DNA of 63,731 nt, filler included, from Octopus bimaculoides (Eukaryota), in NCBI RefSeq assembly GCF_001194135.2. It is 4 parts of 4 records of this genome, joined end to end, with 100 filler letters (N's around TTAATTAATTAA, not from the genome) between each part and the next. Parts side by side here need not be neighbours in the genome. Positions count along the whole stretch, not along the records: positions 1 to 13,289 come from NC_068995.1; positions 13,390 to 37,879 come from NC_068999.1; 2 more parts are not named here. One strand, 5' to 3'. Position 1 is the first letter of the stretch; each line of letters starts with the position of its first letter. Position numbers and translations under genes: made by a program. This document shows, one piece after another, positions 12,340 to 25,431 of this stretch. The notes beneath the pieces are model-generated. The model made no database searches. It saw only the letters and a program-made list of their open reading frames with translations, and was not told the origin of the DNA.

Positions 12340-12470
12340 GAAATTTGCTTAGCGGCTTTTTTTTTCTCAGGTTTTACATACTGAGTTCAAATACCGCTCA
12401 TGTCGACTTTGCCTTTCATCATTTCGGGAACCATAAAATAAGGGCAAGGGGTATCAATGAACTCAACTAC
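12340..12470 (+). mobile_element. Degenerate SINE family A
   Basis: TGCTTAGCGGC..CTGAGTTCAAATACCGC..GTCGACTTTGCCTTTCATCATTTCGGG. Confidence 0.65.
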
Positions 12471-12869
12471 GCGCCATCCTGTGCTTCTACACAAAAATCA
12501 CCAATATTCTAGTAGTAGCAGCAGCAGCAGCAGTGTTGGTGCAAAGCCATGAACCAGACTTTGTTATTTTGTATTATTCTGTGGTATTCTTGGTTATTTG
12601 TTATGCTACAGAAATTATATTTACAGATTCAGTTGTGATAGATAACACGGTTTCCTCTTCTATAATGCCCTTGAATCGAAAAGATAAACAAAATACAAAT
12701 CATGCACCGACTTAGCTCTTAGTCAATATAAAAACGATTTTATTCATCTTCAGATATGTTGACTAGAAAAAGCAACTGTACATCAACGTAGTAAATAAAT
12801 TAAAACACTAAATCCATTTAATGTTGAATTCTGAAATGAAAACAATTTACTGGGGTAGACATTGATTTC

Positions 12870-12906
<37 letters not shown>

Positions 12907-13039
12907 CTTCAACGGAATTGAGCGTTTATTTATTGGATTAAATCTAGTCTTCTGAGGACTGATTGACTCTGTCCTTGTGCTAATTAAATCCCAAATGTTT
13001 TCCACTGAAAGAAGCATTCTACTCGTTACGCCATCGCCT

Positions 13040-13240
13040 TCATAATGATGCTGATCATCATCATCATTATCGTAATCATTAATATCCTTCTTCGCTTCCT
13101 CCATTTCGTCCACCACCACCTCCTCCTCCTCCTCCTCCTCATTATCATCATCATCATCATCATCATCATTATCATCATTTTCTTCGTTACCAACATCAAC
13201 ATCGTCATCATCACTACCATCACCATCATCATCATCATCC

Positions 13241-13289
<49 letters not shown>
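13040..13289. repeat. Mosaic (ATC)n/(CTC)n trinucleotide tract
   Basis: Directly visible. It produces the poly-Ile and poly-Met pseudo-ORFs in the track. Confidence 0.95.
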
Positions 13290-13389
13290 NNNNNNNNNNN
13301 NNNNNNNNNNNNNNNNNNNNNNNNNNNNNNNNNTTAATTAATTAANNNNNNNNNNNNNNNNNNNNNNNNNNNNNNNNNNNNNNNNNNNN
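13290..13389. other. Artificial 100-bp scaffold join (44N + TTAATTAATTAA + 44N)
   Basis: Identical geometry at 13290-13389, 37880-37979 and 62266-62365. The 12-mer is a palindrome with stops in all six frames. Confidence 0.9.
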
Positions 13390-14051
13390 ATATATATATA
13401 TATATATATATATATGCATCTATACATAAAATAGGTACGAGTATGTATACACACACGCACATACATATATATTTGTTTGTACATGGTTACACATCCGCAC
13501 ACATATATACACACACAAACAGATGGATGGATGGATATGAGCATGTGAGCAAATATGTATAAGTACGATGGCGGTGGCGGCGGTGGTGGTGGTAGTAGTA
13601 GTAGGGCGTGTGGTGTGTGTGTATGTATGTATGTATGTATGTATGTGTGTGTGTATGTATGTGTGTGTACGTCAGCGTAACCATTGCTATATAATACTAT
13701 CAATACATACTTACATATCGGAATACCGAAACGTTAAGCATATACTATTATGTAAACAGCATCTAGCAGCGACGTCAGCACAAGCGCACAGACATGCACG
13801 CACCCACACATTCCATATATAAACATCCGTCTGTACACACACACACACACACACATACAAGTACTAAATGGAAGGCTGAATGCTCAAGACTTCTTGAGTG
13901 TATTCAGGATAAGGATAAAAATAGTACCATCACATTGATGCTGATGCTGATGATGATGATGATGATGATAACGTTGATATATATATGTATGCGTGGGCGT
14001 GTGCATTTATGTGTCTATGTGTGTGTAAGTATACATGTATGTATATGTGTG

Positions 14052-14082
<31 letters not shown>

Positions 14083-14269
14083 NNNNNNNNNNNNNNNNNN
14101 NNNNNNNNNNNNNNNNNNNNNNNNNNNNNNNNNNNNNNNNNNNNNNNNNNNNNNNNNNNNNNNNNNNNNNNNNNNNNNNNNNNNNNNNNNNNNNNNNNNN
14201 NNNNNNNNNNNNNNNNNNNNNNNNNNNNNNNNNNNNNNNNNNNTGTGTCTAGATATTTCGTATATACAG

Positions 14270-14630
14270 TGGGTGCTTTCAACCCTAGTGCTTCACTAGT
14301 ACGAAAGAGTGAAAGGCAAAGTCGACCTATGTGGATTTGTACTCAATACATTAAACCGGAAGAAATACCGCAAAGCATTTTGTCTGGTATAGTAATGATT
14401 CTGCCAGCTCACTGCCTTCATAACAACAACGACAACAACAACAATAATAGCTTCTACTTTTGGGACAAGACCTGCGAGTTCGGGGGAAGGGACTAAGTCG
14501 ATTACATTGATCACAGTGAGTTCAACTGGTTCTTATTTTATCGACCCTTAACGGATGAAAAGCAAAGCCGACCTCGCCGGAATTTGAGCTCAGAACGTAA
14601 AGAGAGCATTTTGTCCGACATACTAACGAT
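14270..14630 (-). mobile_element. Two minus-strand SINE family A copies (14270-14416, 14452-14630)
   Basis: Reverse-complement heads and bodies: GATTCTGCCAGCTCACTGCC, GAATTTGAGCTCAGAACGTAAAG, GAAAGGCAAAGTCGACC. Confidence 0.7.
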
Positions 14631-15086
14631 ATGTATTTTAGTCACAAGGTCAGCAAGCTCTGGATATAATGGGATAATCGGCCATGTTGACTCCCATGTT
14701 CGATTAAGTACAAAGTTATTTCAGTTCGAGATATGCCCTAAAAGCAGAAAAAGACTTGTGATGACGATAATTGTGACGTACATAGAATAGAGAGCACAAA
14801 AGACTTTCAAGCGCCGTTTGAATCGATAGCGAATTTTAAGTGAAATACGTTTTATCGATCTTGGAGGCAGCATTGTAATATATAGAGCAAGTATCAAACC
14901 ATACTAAATACTTTTGAAGCGAGGAACGACGCCTTGTTTTCGCTTGCGACACATTTCTAGTAGCAACAAAGGAGTGTTCTTAAAAACAGAAATCTAATTA
15001 TTGACATTAAATTTCCCTTTCGTAAAATTGTGGTCGTAGATGTTTATCCGGCTCTGGTTTCAACGGTAGACCACAGCGCTGTCGTG

Positions 15087-15310
15087 TGAAGGCGCATGGC
15101 TTAGTGGTTAAGGGCATTCGGCTTGCTGTTGTGAGGTCATGAGTTCCATTCCCGGCGACGCGTTGTGTCCTTGAGAGAACGCTGTCCTGCCCGCCTAGCC
15201 AGCGGAGTGGTGTCATTTGAAGGCTAAAACAATGCAAAAGCGCACGGTAACCAGCGATGTGTAACAACATCTGATAGCCTGGTCGGTCACGAAACTGGAA
15301 GAAGCCAGTC
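15087..15310 (+). mobile_element. tRNA-derived SINE (here family C)
   Basis: Head GAAGGCGCATGGCTTAGTGGTTAAGG, B-box-like GAGTTCCATTCCC, then TGTGTCCTTGAG. Minus-strand relatives are at 33555-33711 and 45725-45835. Confidence 0.75.
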
Positions 15311-15330
15311 GTGTATGTGTATGTATATAT

Positions 15331-15733
15331 ATGATGACAGTCCACTCGTGACCGTGGAAGACCATTGCTGACCTTAAGGAACATTGTGCGCTCTAGGACT
15401 AACTTATATTTTGCATTTGCGGCTTCGTTGGTGGTTAATGAGCCCTGCTCTTGACAAGCATACACGACAACAAACACTGCAAGCCAAGCTTTCCCCATTC
15501 ACTACGCTAGCAGTGTGCTTTCGAGCAGCACACTTAAATTCTTCATGCAGTATACGTGCTCTTTCAAAGCTGTCGACCCCGCCTTAACCTGCTTCATTCA
15601 TCTGTGACGATGACGGGCATTGCTCTCCCAGTTGGTCTTCTGCATATCACAGGCCTTTAATGAGGACTTGATAGTCTTTAAATCGCAGCCTTGGTTTCTG
15701 CTAGGGTCTCTTTCCACTAACAAGTTCCCCATA
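15331..15733 (-). mobile_element. 3' end of an RTE-clade LINE
   Basis: Minus strand reads YGELVSGKRP*QKPRLRFKD..KSSLKACDMQKTNWES.., then CSVCCRVCLSRAGLINHQRSRKCKI* (stop 15404-06), then a short 3' UTR ending in CAT repeats. Confidence 0.7.
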
Positions 15734-16575
15734 CACACACACACACACACATATATAGATTCAAGTGAATATGGTTCTTGAGTTGATGCACTAGAATTTA
15801 GTACGGTATTATCCATACAATTTCAAAATAAGGTGGGATATCCTTATTGCTTATTNNNNNNNNNNNNNNNNNNNNNNNNNNNNNNNNNNNNNNNNNNNNN
15901 NNNNNNNNNNNNNNNNNNNNNNNNNNNNNNNNNNNNNNNNNNNNNNNNNNNNNNNNNNNNNNNNNNNNNNNNNNNNNNNNNNNNNNNNNNNNNNNNNNNN
16001 NNNNNNNNNNNNNNNNNNNNNNNNNNNNNNNNNNNNNNNNNNNNNNNNNNNNNNNNNNNNNNNNNNNNNNNNNNNNNNNNNNNNNNNNNNNNNNNNNNNN
16101 NNNNNNNNNNNNNNNNNNNNNNNNNNNNNNNNNNNNNNNNNNNNNNNNNNNNNNNNNNNNNNNNNNNNNNNNNNNNNNNNNNNNNNNNNNNNNNNNNNNN
16201 NNNNNNNNNNNNNNNNNNNNNNNNNNNNNNNNNNNNNNNNNNNNNNNNNNNNNNNNNNNNNNNNNNNNNNNNNNNNNNNNNNNNNNNNNNNNNNNNNNNN
16301 NNNNNNNNNNNNNNNNNNNNNNNNNNNNNNNNNNNNNNNNNNNNNNNNNNNNNNNNNNNNNNNNNNNNNNNNNNNNNNNNNNNNNNNNNNNNNNNNNNNN
16401 NNNNNNNNNNNNNNNNNNNNNNNNNNNNNNNNNNNNNNNNNNNNNNNNNNNNNNNNNNNNNNNNNNNNNNNNNNNNNNNNNNNNNNNNNNNNNNNNNNNN
16501 NNNNNNNNNNNNNNNNNNNNNNNNNNNNNNNNNNNNNNNNNNNNNNNNNNNNNNNNNNNNNNNNNNNNNNNNNNN

Positions 16576-16621
<46 letters not shown>

Positions 16622-17019
16622 ACGTGCATTCATTATGGAGATATGATAACTGACACGCTCCAGTGGTTTAGTAAATACACCGCCCTTGTAATAATGATGA
16701 TAATAATAGTAATAGCAATTTGTTATATTTGACACAGGGGCATCAGATGAAAGGGGTGTTACAAGGACAGTATTTTTTTCAACTGGGGTGGAGGTTTGTA
16801 TTCACAAAAGATGAGAAGGAAAGAAAGGGGAAATGAAGTAAAAGTATAAGGACATGGCATGCAAAGCATGTGAACGCATGAATGATAAAGATCCCCTTTA
16901 TAAAGGGGAATCTCGAGCAATTAGGGTTTATCAAGGAACCTCACAGATCTAGGACTACCAAAGGTACAAGACCGTTTCTGATACAGGCAAGGAGGGCTGA
17001 TGTTTTGGGTTAAGTGGCA

Positions 17020-17499
17020 AGTCGATTAAGTAGACCCCATTATTTAACCGGTGCTTTATCTTATTGGCCCCGAAGGGAAGAAAGGCAAAGGTGACTTTAG
17101 CATGATTTGAACTCAGAACGAAAAGAAATGCCAGAAATTATTTAACGGCATTTCGTCCGTTTTTTACGTTGTGTTCAAATGCCGCTGTGGTTGACTTTAC
17201 GTTTCATCTTCTCGGGGTCGATAAAATAAGTACCAGCTGAGCACTAGGTCGACATAAATCGAATTGTCTCATTATCGTTATTACAAAGGCGACGAGCTGG
17301 CCGAATCGTTAGCACGCTGGGCGAAATGCTGAGCGGCATTTTTTCCGTCTTCACGTTCTGAGTTCAAATTCCGCTGAGGTTGACTTTTCATCCTTTCGGG
17401 GTCGATAAATTAAGTACTAGTGAAACACTGGGGTCGATGTAATCGACTAGTCCCCTCCCCACAAATCTGAGGCCTTGTGCCTCTAGTAGAAAGGATTAC

Positions 17500-17553
<54 letters not shown>
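17020..17553. mobile_element. Cluster of three SINE family A copies (- 17020-17122, + 17147-17270, + 17288-17495 with (ATT)n tail)
   Basis: The third copy is near full length: GGCGACGAGCTGGCCGAATCGTTAGCACGCTGGGCGAAATGC..GAGTTCAAATTCCGC..GGCCTTGTGCC plus an (ATT)n tail. Confidence 0.8.
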
Positions 17554-17554
<1 letters not shown>

Positions 17555-18724
17555 TCCTGTGAACGAGTTTTTAGCTGGATTACATTAGGAAAACTACTTT
17601 GCTTTTAGTTATTTATATAACTTAATACACTACCTGAGGTACGGAAAAGGCTTGTGTTTAGATATTTAAAACTGTTTATATATTTCTGACAAATAGCCAA
17701 TTGCATTATTTCACGTGCTGCAAGATCGCCGTCTCAGAAGTGGCATGACTAAGTGATTCAAGCCACAACGGTGGTAGTAGTTATGTAAATAGGCCCACTC
17801 CAAAATTATCTTCAATGCAAAAAAAAAAAGAAGAAGAAGAAAATCAAACAAAAAAGTGGAGCTTTTACAATAGAAGATACAATAGCGTTGCATCCTTTAA
17901 TTTTAAGTTTCAAAAACAGAAAAATAAGTGGGAATAGCAAAAACAACACTAACAACAACATTCAGTCATTTACTAACGCTGAGGAGCAAAAGCAGTCACT
18001 TAATTTAAACCAGTTCAAAGAAAAAGTCAGAATGAACGCAGAGTGTCACAGAAAGTAGTACCTCCTTGCACGACAAGCGTAATACAGAGGAAAGGTCGAT
18101 AAGAAAGGTGTTGTACTTCGGGCTTTCAAGCAATGGCGATGGCTTCCTGAAGTCCTCAAAAGGCGTGTTTGGAAGGTTCGTGTTCCCTCAACGTTTGCCG
18201 CACTTGCTAGTCACTTGTAGATGATGATGGTGATGATGACGACGATGAGAATGTATCGGATTTTCTAATGGTACGAACAGAGTTGGAGTCGATGGCGGTG
18301 GATGAAGTGGATGGGAGTAGATGAAGTAGCTTTGGCGTCAACGATCTGGTTTTAATTGACGGTTTAAGAAGATATATTATATCGCCAGCAGTGGAGGAAT
18401 GGGCGAGTTGGATGCGAATTACTCTTCATACTAGCGCTTTCATTACCTGTGAGTAACACACACACACACACACACACACACGGGCAAATGTGCAACGCGT
18501 AAAATTGCACTTGAAATTTCAGCACAGACGATCACAATTATTTGCACATTTAGCTTGTTGTGCATCTGCATATAAGCACAAACTTTATGCAAGTATGTGT
18601 GCGTGTGTGTCTGTCTGTCTGTCTGTCTGTTTGTATGTGTGCGCGTGCTAGCATGTGTGCATATACATATATTCTATGCAACAAGTATGGTGTTGTATCA
18701 TAACAATATACATCAACGCCATAT

Positions 18725-18774
<50 letters not shown>

Positions 18775-19146
18775 AATGTATATGTATGCATGTATGTAGG
18801 TACTTATGTATATACAAATAAGTGTTTCGAGAAGCCGAAGTATATAAAGTTACAAATAAGAGCGACACAACACAGCATCAACAAAAATAAACGTTTAACC
18901 GGTTTCCACTTTTTCTTGTATTACGATGTACAAAGAATAAATAAAACGGAGCTTAGCTCTGATCTGCAGAGGCAGATGGGGCAGAGGGGAGAAATACCAA
19001 GCAAAAATTAATAGCTGGTATATTAATTAGTTTATTAGCGTCGGACAGTCCTTGTCTGTTGTTGGTAGTGAGATAGATTTCTTTAAAAAAATACCATCAG
19101 CGCTTTTAAACTACAAACTTTTAATATTCCATTCTGTGGCTTAGAC

Positions 19147-19401
19147 CAGAGATCTCCAACCATCGGGTCGCAGACCAAGCACCGGGCCGTGAATCATTTG
19201 ATGCTGGACTACACAGAAAGAATACATACTTAAATTTTGAGTTTTATATATATTTACAATACAATAATAATAGTAGAAATGAAGCGTATAATATACAATG
19301 CAGGAATTAAATTTGTATTATGCGCTTTATTTTTTACCGGTCTGTGCGAAAATTGTTTTGCATGAAACTTGTCCGTGGTGAAAAAAAGTTGGGGAGCGCT
19401 G
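19147..19401 (+). mobile_element. hAT/Charlie-type MITE, 255 bp
   Basis: Termini CAGAGATCTCCAAC and GTTGGGGAGCGCTG, with an 8-bp TSD GCTTAGAC (19139-46) / GCTTAGAT (19402-09). Confidence 0.8.
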
Positions 19402-19969
19402 GCTTAGATGATAACCCTCATGTCCTAGTTACGATATAATAATCCCAGATGTATTCTGAGAGAAATAGTTGTATATTCTAGGAGAAGTAGTTGTACAAGT
19501 GCAATTTGGACATCTATGTTTAAAGACCACGTCGGTGCTCCCGATGTAGAATACACAATATAGTAAGCAAGTAAAAATGGTTGCGATGGAGCGAGCCGCT
19601 GGCTTACAGCTATTTTCAGCTTTCTCTCTCCCTCAAGACACACACACACACATTTGTACGTATGTGTGGTGCGCGAAAACAAGCTTTTATAATAGCTTGT
19701 GTGTGTGTGTGTGTGTGTGTGCACGCGCGCCCTGTGTTCAGAGGGTAGATGTTTGGTGTATCAAAAGCTGACAGTGTACCCGCATGCACGCACACACACA
19801 TAAATAAATACATACATACACGTATGCATGTATGTATGTATGTATGTATGTATGTATGCATGTATTCACATACATACACAAACATAAATACATACACGCG
19901 CTGAACAATATGTACATCTTTCTTATGTGGAAACCCTACGTGTGCTTGTGTGTATATGTATACATGTGT

Positions 19970-20003
<34 letters not shown>

Positions 20004-20873
20004 NNNNNNNNNNNNNNNNNNNNNNNNNNNNNNNNNNNNNNNNNNNNNNNNNNNNNNNNNNNNNNNNNNNNNNNNNNNNNNNNNNNNNNNNNNNNNNNNN
20101 NNNNNNNNNNNNNNNNNNNNNNNNNNNNNNNNNNNNNNNNNNNNNNNNNNNNNNNNNNNNNNNNNNNNNNNNNNNNNNNNNNNNNNNNNNNNNNNNNNNN
20201 NNNNNNNNNNNNNNNNNNNNNNNNNNNNNNNNNNNNNNNNNNNNNNNNNNNNNNNNNNNNNNNNNNNNNNNNNNNNNNNNNNNNNNNNNNNNNNNNNNNN
20301 NNNNNNGTGTGTGTGTGTGTGTGTGTGTTGATATTTATTGCATATACACACGAGTCAAAACACCGGCGTCCCTCTAGTATATTAATTCTAGGAATATAAA
20401 GATCGATAAATTTAAAATACTAGAGTCGAAATAAATTGAAGTTCGATATGGTCATTTGAATTTCCCCTTCAAGGCCGTGCACCAGTATGGCCGCATGCCA
20501 ATGAATGAAACCTGCCAAAGACTAAATATATATACAAACATACGCGTGCGTGTGAGTATGTGTGTGTGATGTGTGTGTTGTTATATAGTGACCTTGTTTG
20601 AAAGGAATGTGTGAGCGGTTGTGTGGCCAACAGGCGTAAAGATCTAATTATAACATGTGCGGCAGCGGCGGCGTTATACATACATGCATATAGACACCTA
20701 TACACACACACATATCTATCTATCTATCTATCTATCTATCTCTCTCTATATATATATACATTTGTACGTATGTGTGGTGCATGAAAACAAGCTTTTATAA
20801 TAGCTTGTGTGTGTGTATATATATATATATATATTTTTTTTTTTATATATATATATATATACATATACACACA

Positions 20874-21089
20874 CGAGGGGATGCTAAAAAGTTCGTGGCT
20901 ATAAGGGTGTCATAAAAGGCCTGGTTGGAGACCCAATATCTCAAGTTCTTTTATAGAGTTATAAGAACTGAAGGACTGCTGAAATAAGTATGTGAATCTG
21001 AGAGGTGAATATTTTGAATAAGATCATAATTAAGTGATCCTCTCGTATTTTCTTTTACCCAAAGCCAGGAACATTTCACCTCATCCTCG
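20874..21089 (+). mobile_element. Mariner-derived MITE
   Basis: TIRs CGAGGGGATGCTAAAAAGTTCGTGGCT and AGCCAGGAACATTTCACCTCATCCTCG enclose the transposase C-terminus KYVNLRGEYFE*. A related 3' half is in the vanin intron (~43250-43427). Confidence 0.75.
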
Positions 21090-22983
21090 TGTGTGTATAT
21101 ATATGAGAGAGAGAGAGGGAGACAGATAGAGAGGGAGACAGATAGAGAGGGAGACAGATAGAGAGGTAGACAGCTACAGATGTTATAGAGTTGAAGTAGG
21201 TAGTCTTGGTGGTGTTGATAGAGGTGGTCGCTGTGTTTGATGAAAGCAGTTGACCGCCAGGTCGTAAAGCAATATTAGAATGGTCATAGAGAGTAACACA
21301 AAATTCGTGCGGGAACCATAAATAACGAGCTCAAGATACAACACCATCACCTCACACACACACACATATACAGATATAAACGCGCGCACAGACGAACGAA
21401 GTTTGTAGACTAAGACTTAACACCTTGTAACGTTTACAACTGCCGACATCATTGCATGAACGGGTGTATATAAATGCATATACACACCTACACACACATC
21501 ATATATATAAATATGTGTTGCGTGTGTGTAAAGTGGAAACCACCTTTTGTGATCAGATTGGGACGAATTATTTTCACTAAAAATAAACAGTTCAGGTTTC
21601 GCTAATTAATTTTTGTTTCATATTTACAAATGGTTCGTAACATTATCCGTGATTATAATTACCCTGGGTACAAACTGTTAACCCCGATTTTTGCTTTCTC
21701 CTTTCACTTCCTAAAAAATTCTCTCCAATATTTGATAAGATGGATACATCGAAGCCAAGTTATATTTTAAATCACTCACTGTAACAACAAAACTATTAAA
21801 CATTCTCTAAAATATATTTCTTGCCTTTCCCAACTTTATTTACTTTTTTAACCATAATTTTCGATTCGTATGGATTCTTAACCCCATTTCAATCCCCCCC
21901 CCNNNNNNNNNNNNNNNNNNNNNNNNNNNNNNNNNNNNNNNNNNNNNNNNNNNNNNNNNNNNNNNNNNNNNNNNNNNNNNNNNNNNNNNNNNNNNNNNNN
22001 NNNNNNNNNNNNNNNNNNNNNNNNNNNNNNNNNNNNNNNNNNNNNNNNNNNNNNNNNNNNNNNNNNNNNNNNNNNNNNNNNNNNNNNNNNNNNNNNNNNN
22101 NNNNNNNNNNNNNNNNNNNNNNNNNNNNNNNNNNNNNNNNNNNNNNNNNNNNNNNNNNNNNNNNNNNNNNNNNNNNNNNNNNNNNNNNNNNNNNNNNNNN
22201 NNNNNNNNNNNNNNNNNNNNNNNNNNNNNNNNNNNNNNNNNNNNNNNNNNNNNNNNNNNNNNNNNNNNNNNNNNNNNNNNNNNNNNNNNNNNNNNNNNNN
22301 NNNNNNNNNNNNNNNNNNNNNNNNNNNNNNNNNNNNNNNNNNNNNNNNNNNNNNNNNNNNNNNNNNNNNNNNNNNNNNNNNNNNNNNNNNNNNNNNNNNN
22401 NNNNNNNNNNNNNNNNNNNNNNNNNNNNNNNNNNNNNNNNNNNNNNNNNNNNNNNNNNNNNNNNNNNNNNNNNNNNNNNNNNNNNNNNNNNNNNNNNNNN
22501 NNNNNNNNNNNNNNNNNNNNNNNNNNNNNNNNNNNNNNNNNNNNNNNNNNNNNNNNNNNNNNNNNNNNNNNNNNNNNNNNNNNNNNNNNNNNNNNNNNNN
22601 NNNNNNNNNNNNNNNNNNNNNNNNNNNNNNNNNNNNNNNNNNNNNNNNNNNNNNNNNNNNNNNNNNNNNNNNNNNNNNNNNNNNNNNNNNNNNNNNNNNN
22701 NNNNNNNNNNNNNNNNNNNNNNNNNNNNNNNNNNNNNNNNNNNNNNNNNNNNNNNNNNNNNNNNNNNNNNNNNNNNNNNNNNNNNNNNNNNNNNNNNNNN
22801 NNNNNNNNNNNNNNNNNNNNNNNNNNNNNNNNNNNNNNNNNNNNNATATATATACATATGAGAGAGATGGATTTATATACAGCATAAAAATATTTATGCT
22901 CGTACATATGTGTTTATCGTTTGAATATATTTATGTACCTTTATGTGTATATGTAGCCTTATAAATATAATCTGCATTATTCA

Positions 22984-23043
<60 letters not shown>

Positions 23044-23228
23044 ATCTATATCTATCTATATATATATAGTGTCCGTTTGTAGTTAAACACATGCTGAAGC
23101 AATAACGAAAAGCAGTCCAGTCCACAGTTTAGCTGTATGGGGAAAAGGCGACATTGTTTAATATATCCTTCTACATAAGACGACGGGGTGTGATATACCG
23201 TTTATCTTTTAATTGTTGAGGCACCGCG

Positions 23229-23549
23229 TTGAAGAATTTTTAGTCGAACGAATCGACCCCAGGACTTCTTTATTATTATTATTTTTTAAACCTGGTATTT
23301 GTTGTGTCGGTCTCTCATGTCTAACCGCAAAGTTACGAGTACGTAAACACACCAACTCCACTTGGTGACACTCACATATATACACGACGGGCTTCTTTCC
23401 AGTCTCCGTGAACCAAATCCACTCACCAGGCTTTGGTCGGCCCGAGGATATAGTAGAAGGGACTTGCCCAAGGAGCCATGCAGTGTAACGGAACCCGGCA
23501 CCATGGGGTCGAGAAAGCAGGCTTCCTACCACACAGCCACGCCTGCGCC
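23229..23549 (-). mobile_element. tRNA-derived SINE with CORE-like block (here family B)
   Basis: Reverse complement of GGCGCAGGCGTGGCTGTGTGGTAG..CCTTGGGCAAG..GGGCCGACCAAAGCC..GTGAGTGGATTTGG, plus the family tail. CCTTGGGCAAG is the hallmark of CORE-SINE central domains. Confidence 0.8.
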
Positions 23550-23809
23550 AACACACACACACACATATATATAATAGCTAGGTCAGAAGAGAAGGGGGCA
23601 CTATCCCCCATTCGTTATAGGGTTTTTGGGACTAGATGGGTAGGTAGAAGAAATGCGTCCCCCACAAACCTTTAAAAACCTATGTTTGCAACCAGAATGG
23701 TCTACACTAGAAATAGCCGACAACCAGGCGACATGCGATTTGCCTGTTATTTCGAACAGATCAAGCAAGTGTTTAACCGGCTCCCATACATACATACATA
23801 CATACGTGC

Positions 23810-23857
<48 letters not shown>

Positions 23858-24824
23858 NNNNNNNNNNNNNNNNNNNNNNNNNNNNNNNNNNNNNNNNNNN
23901 NNNNNNNNNNNNNNNNNNNNNNNNNNNNNNNNNNNNNNNNNNNNNNNNNNNNNNNNNNNNNNNNNNNNNNNNNNNNNNNNNNNNNNNNNNNNNNNNNNNN
24001 NNNNNNNNNNNNNNNNNNNNNNNNNNNNNNNNNNNNNNNNNNNNNNNNNNNNNNNNNNNNNNNNNNNNNNNNNNNNNNNNNNNNNNNNNNNNNNNNNNNN
24101 NNNNNNNNNNNNNNNNNNNNNNNNNNNNNNNNNNNNNNNNNNNNNNNNNNNNNNNNNNNNNNNNNNNNNNNNNNNNNNNNNNNNNNNNNNNNNNNNNNNN
24201 NNNNNNNNNNNNNNNNNNNNNNNNNNNNNNNNNNNNNNNNNNNNNNNNNNNNNNNNNNNNNNNNNNNNNNNNNNNNNNNNNNNNNNNNNNNNNNNNNNNN
24301 NNNNNNNNNNNNNNNNNNNNNNNNNNNNNNNNNNNNNNNNNNNNNNNNNNNNNNNNNNNNNNNNNNNNNNNNNNNNNNNNNNNNNNNNNNNNNNNNNNNN
24401 NNNNNNNNNNNNNNNNNNNNNNNNNNNNNNNNNNNNNNNNNNNNNNNNNNNNNNNNNNNNNNNNNNNNNNNNNNNNNNNNNNNNNNNNNNNNNNNNNNNN
24501 NNNNNNNNNNNNNNNNNNNNNNNNNNNNNNNNNNNNNNNNNNNNNNNNNNNNNNNNNNNNNNNNNNNNNNNNNNNNNNNNNNNNNNNNNNNNNNNNNNNN
24601 NNNNNNNNNNNNNNNNNNNNNNNNNNNNNNNNNNNNNNNNNNNNNNNNNNNNNNNNNNNNNNNNNNNNNNNNNNNNNNNNNNNNNNNNNNNNNNNNNNNN
24701 NNNNNNNNNNNNNNGGGTGTATATATATATATATATACTCGATTTACAAGCCCCAATTTCGGAAAGATAAAAGACTTATTTTTATTTAAATGTCAAAAAT
24801 AAAGAGTGTCGTTTACTTTGTTTA

Positions 24825-24861
<37 letters not shown>

Positions 24862-24889
24862 CGATGGATAGATATACAGACAGACAGAG

Positions 24890-24948
<59 letters not shown>

Positions 24949-24949
24949 C

Positions 24950-24980
<31 letters not shown>
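24825..24980. repeat. (TATC)n followed by (GATA)n
   Basis: Directly visible; the two tracts are complementary. Confidence 0.95.
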
Positions 24981-24981
<1 letters not shown>

Positions 24982-25396
24982 TACACGCGCACGTTCAGTT
25001 CGTTGACATAATTTTTCAATTCTCGCAGTTTTAGAATGTAAAATACCCTACTAGCATCACACACACGCGCTATATTCGCGTAAGATAGAAATTGCAAGCG
25101 AAATGTTAGATACCCGAACGTGAGCGAACACCACCGCCATTTATCATCATCACAGTTATTTGTGTTATTATTATTATTATTATCGAAGGACTTCCATCAT
25201 TCATGCGTTCACATACTTGGACTTATTACGGAGTATACTTTTTATCGTATTTCACCGTCTTTTCCCCCACTTTTCTTTTCTCATCATCTTTCTATAATCC
25301 CCCCCCCCCAAGTACACACACAGCACACCAAACCGTAGACGGTCGTTGTGATGGGGGGACCCCGTAGCGTCTAAAAGAAGGAAATCACCACTATCA

Positions 25397-25431
<35 letters not shown>

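Noticed and set aside
13334-13345. TTAATTAATTAA as a conserved biological motif (also 37924, 62310)
   Set aside because: Always centred in exactly 44+44 Ns and a six-frame stop, so it is a synthetic spacer.
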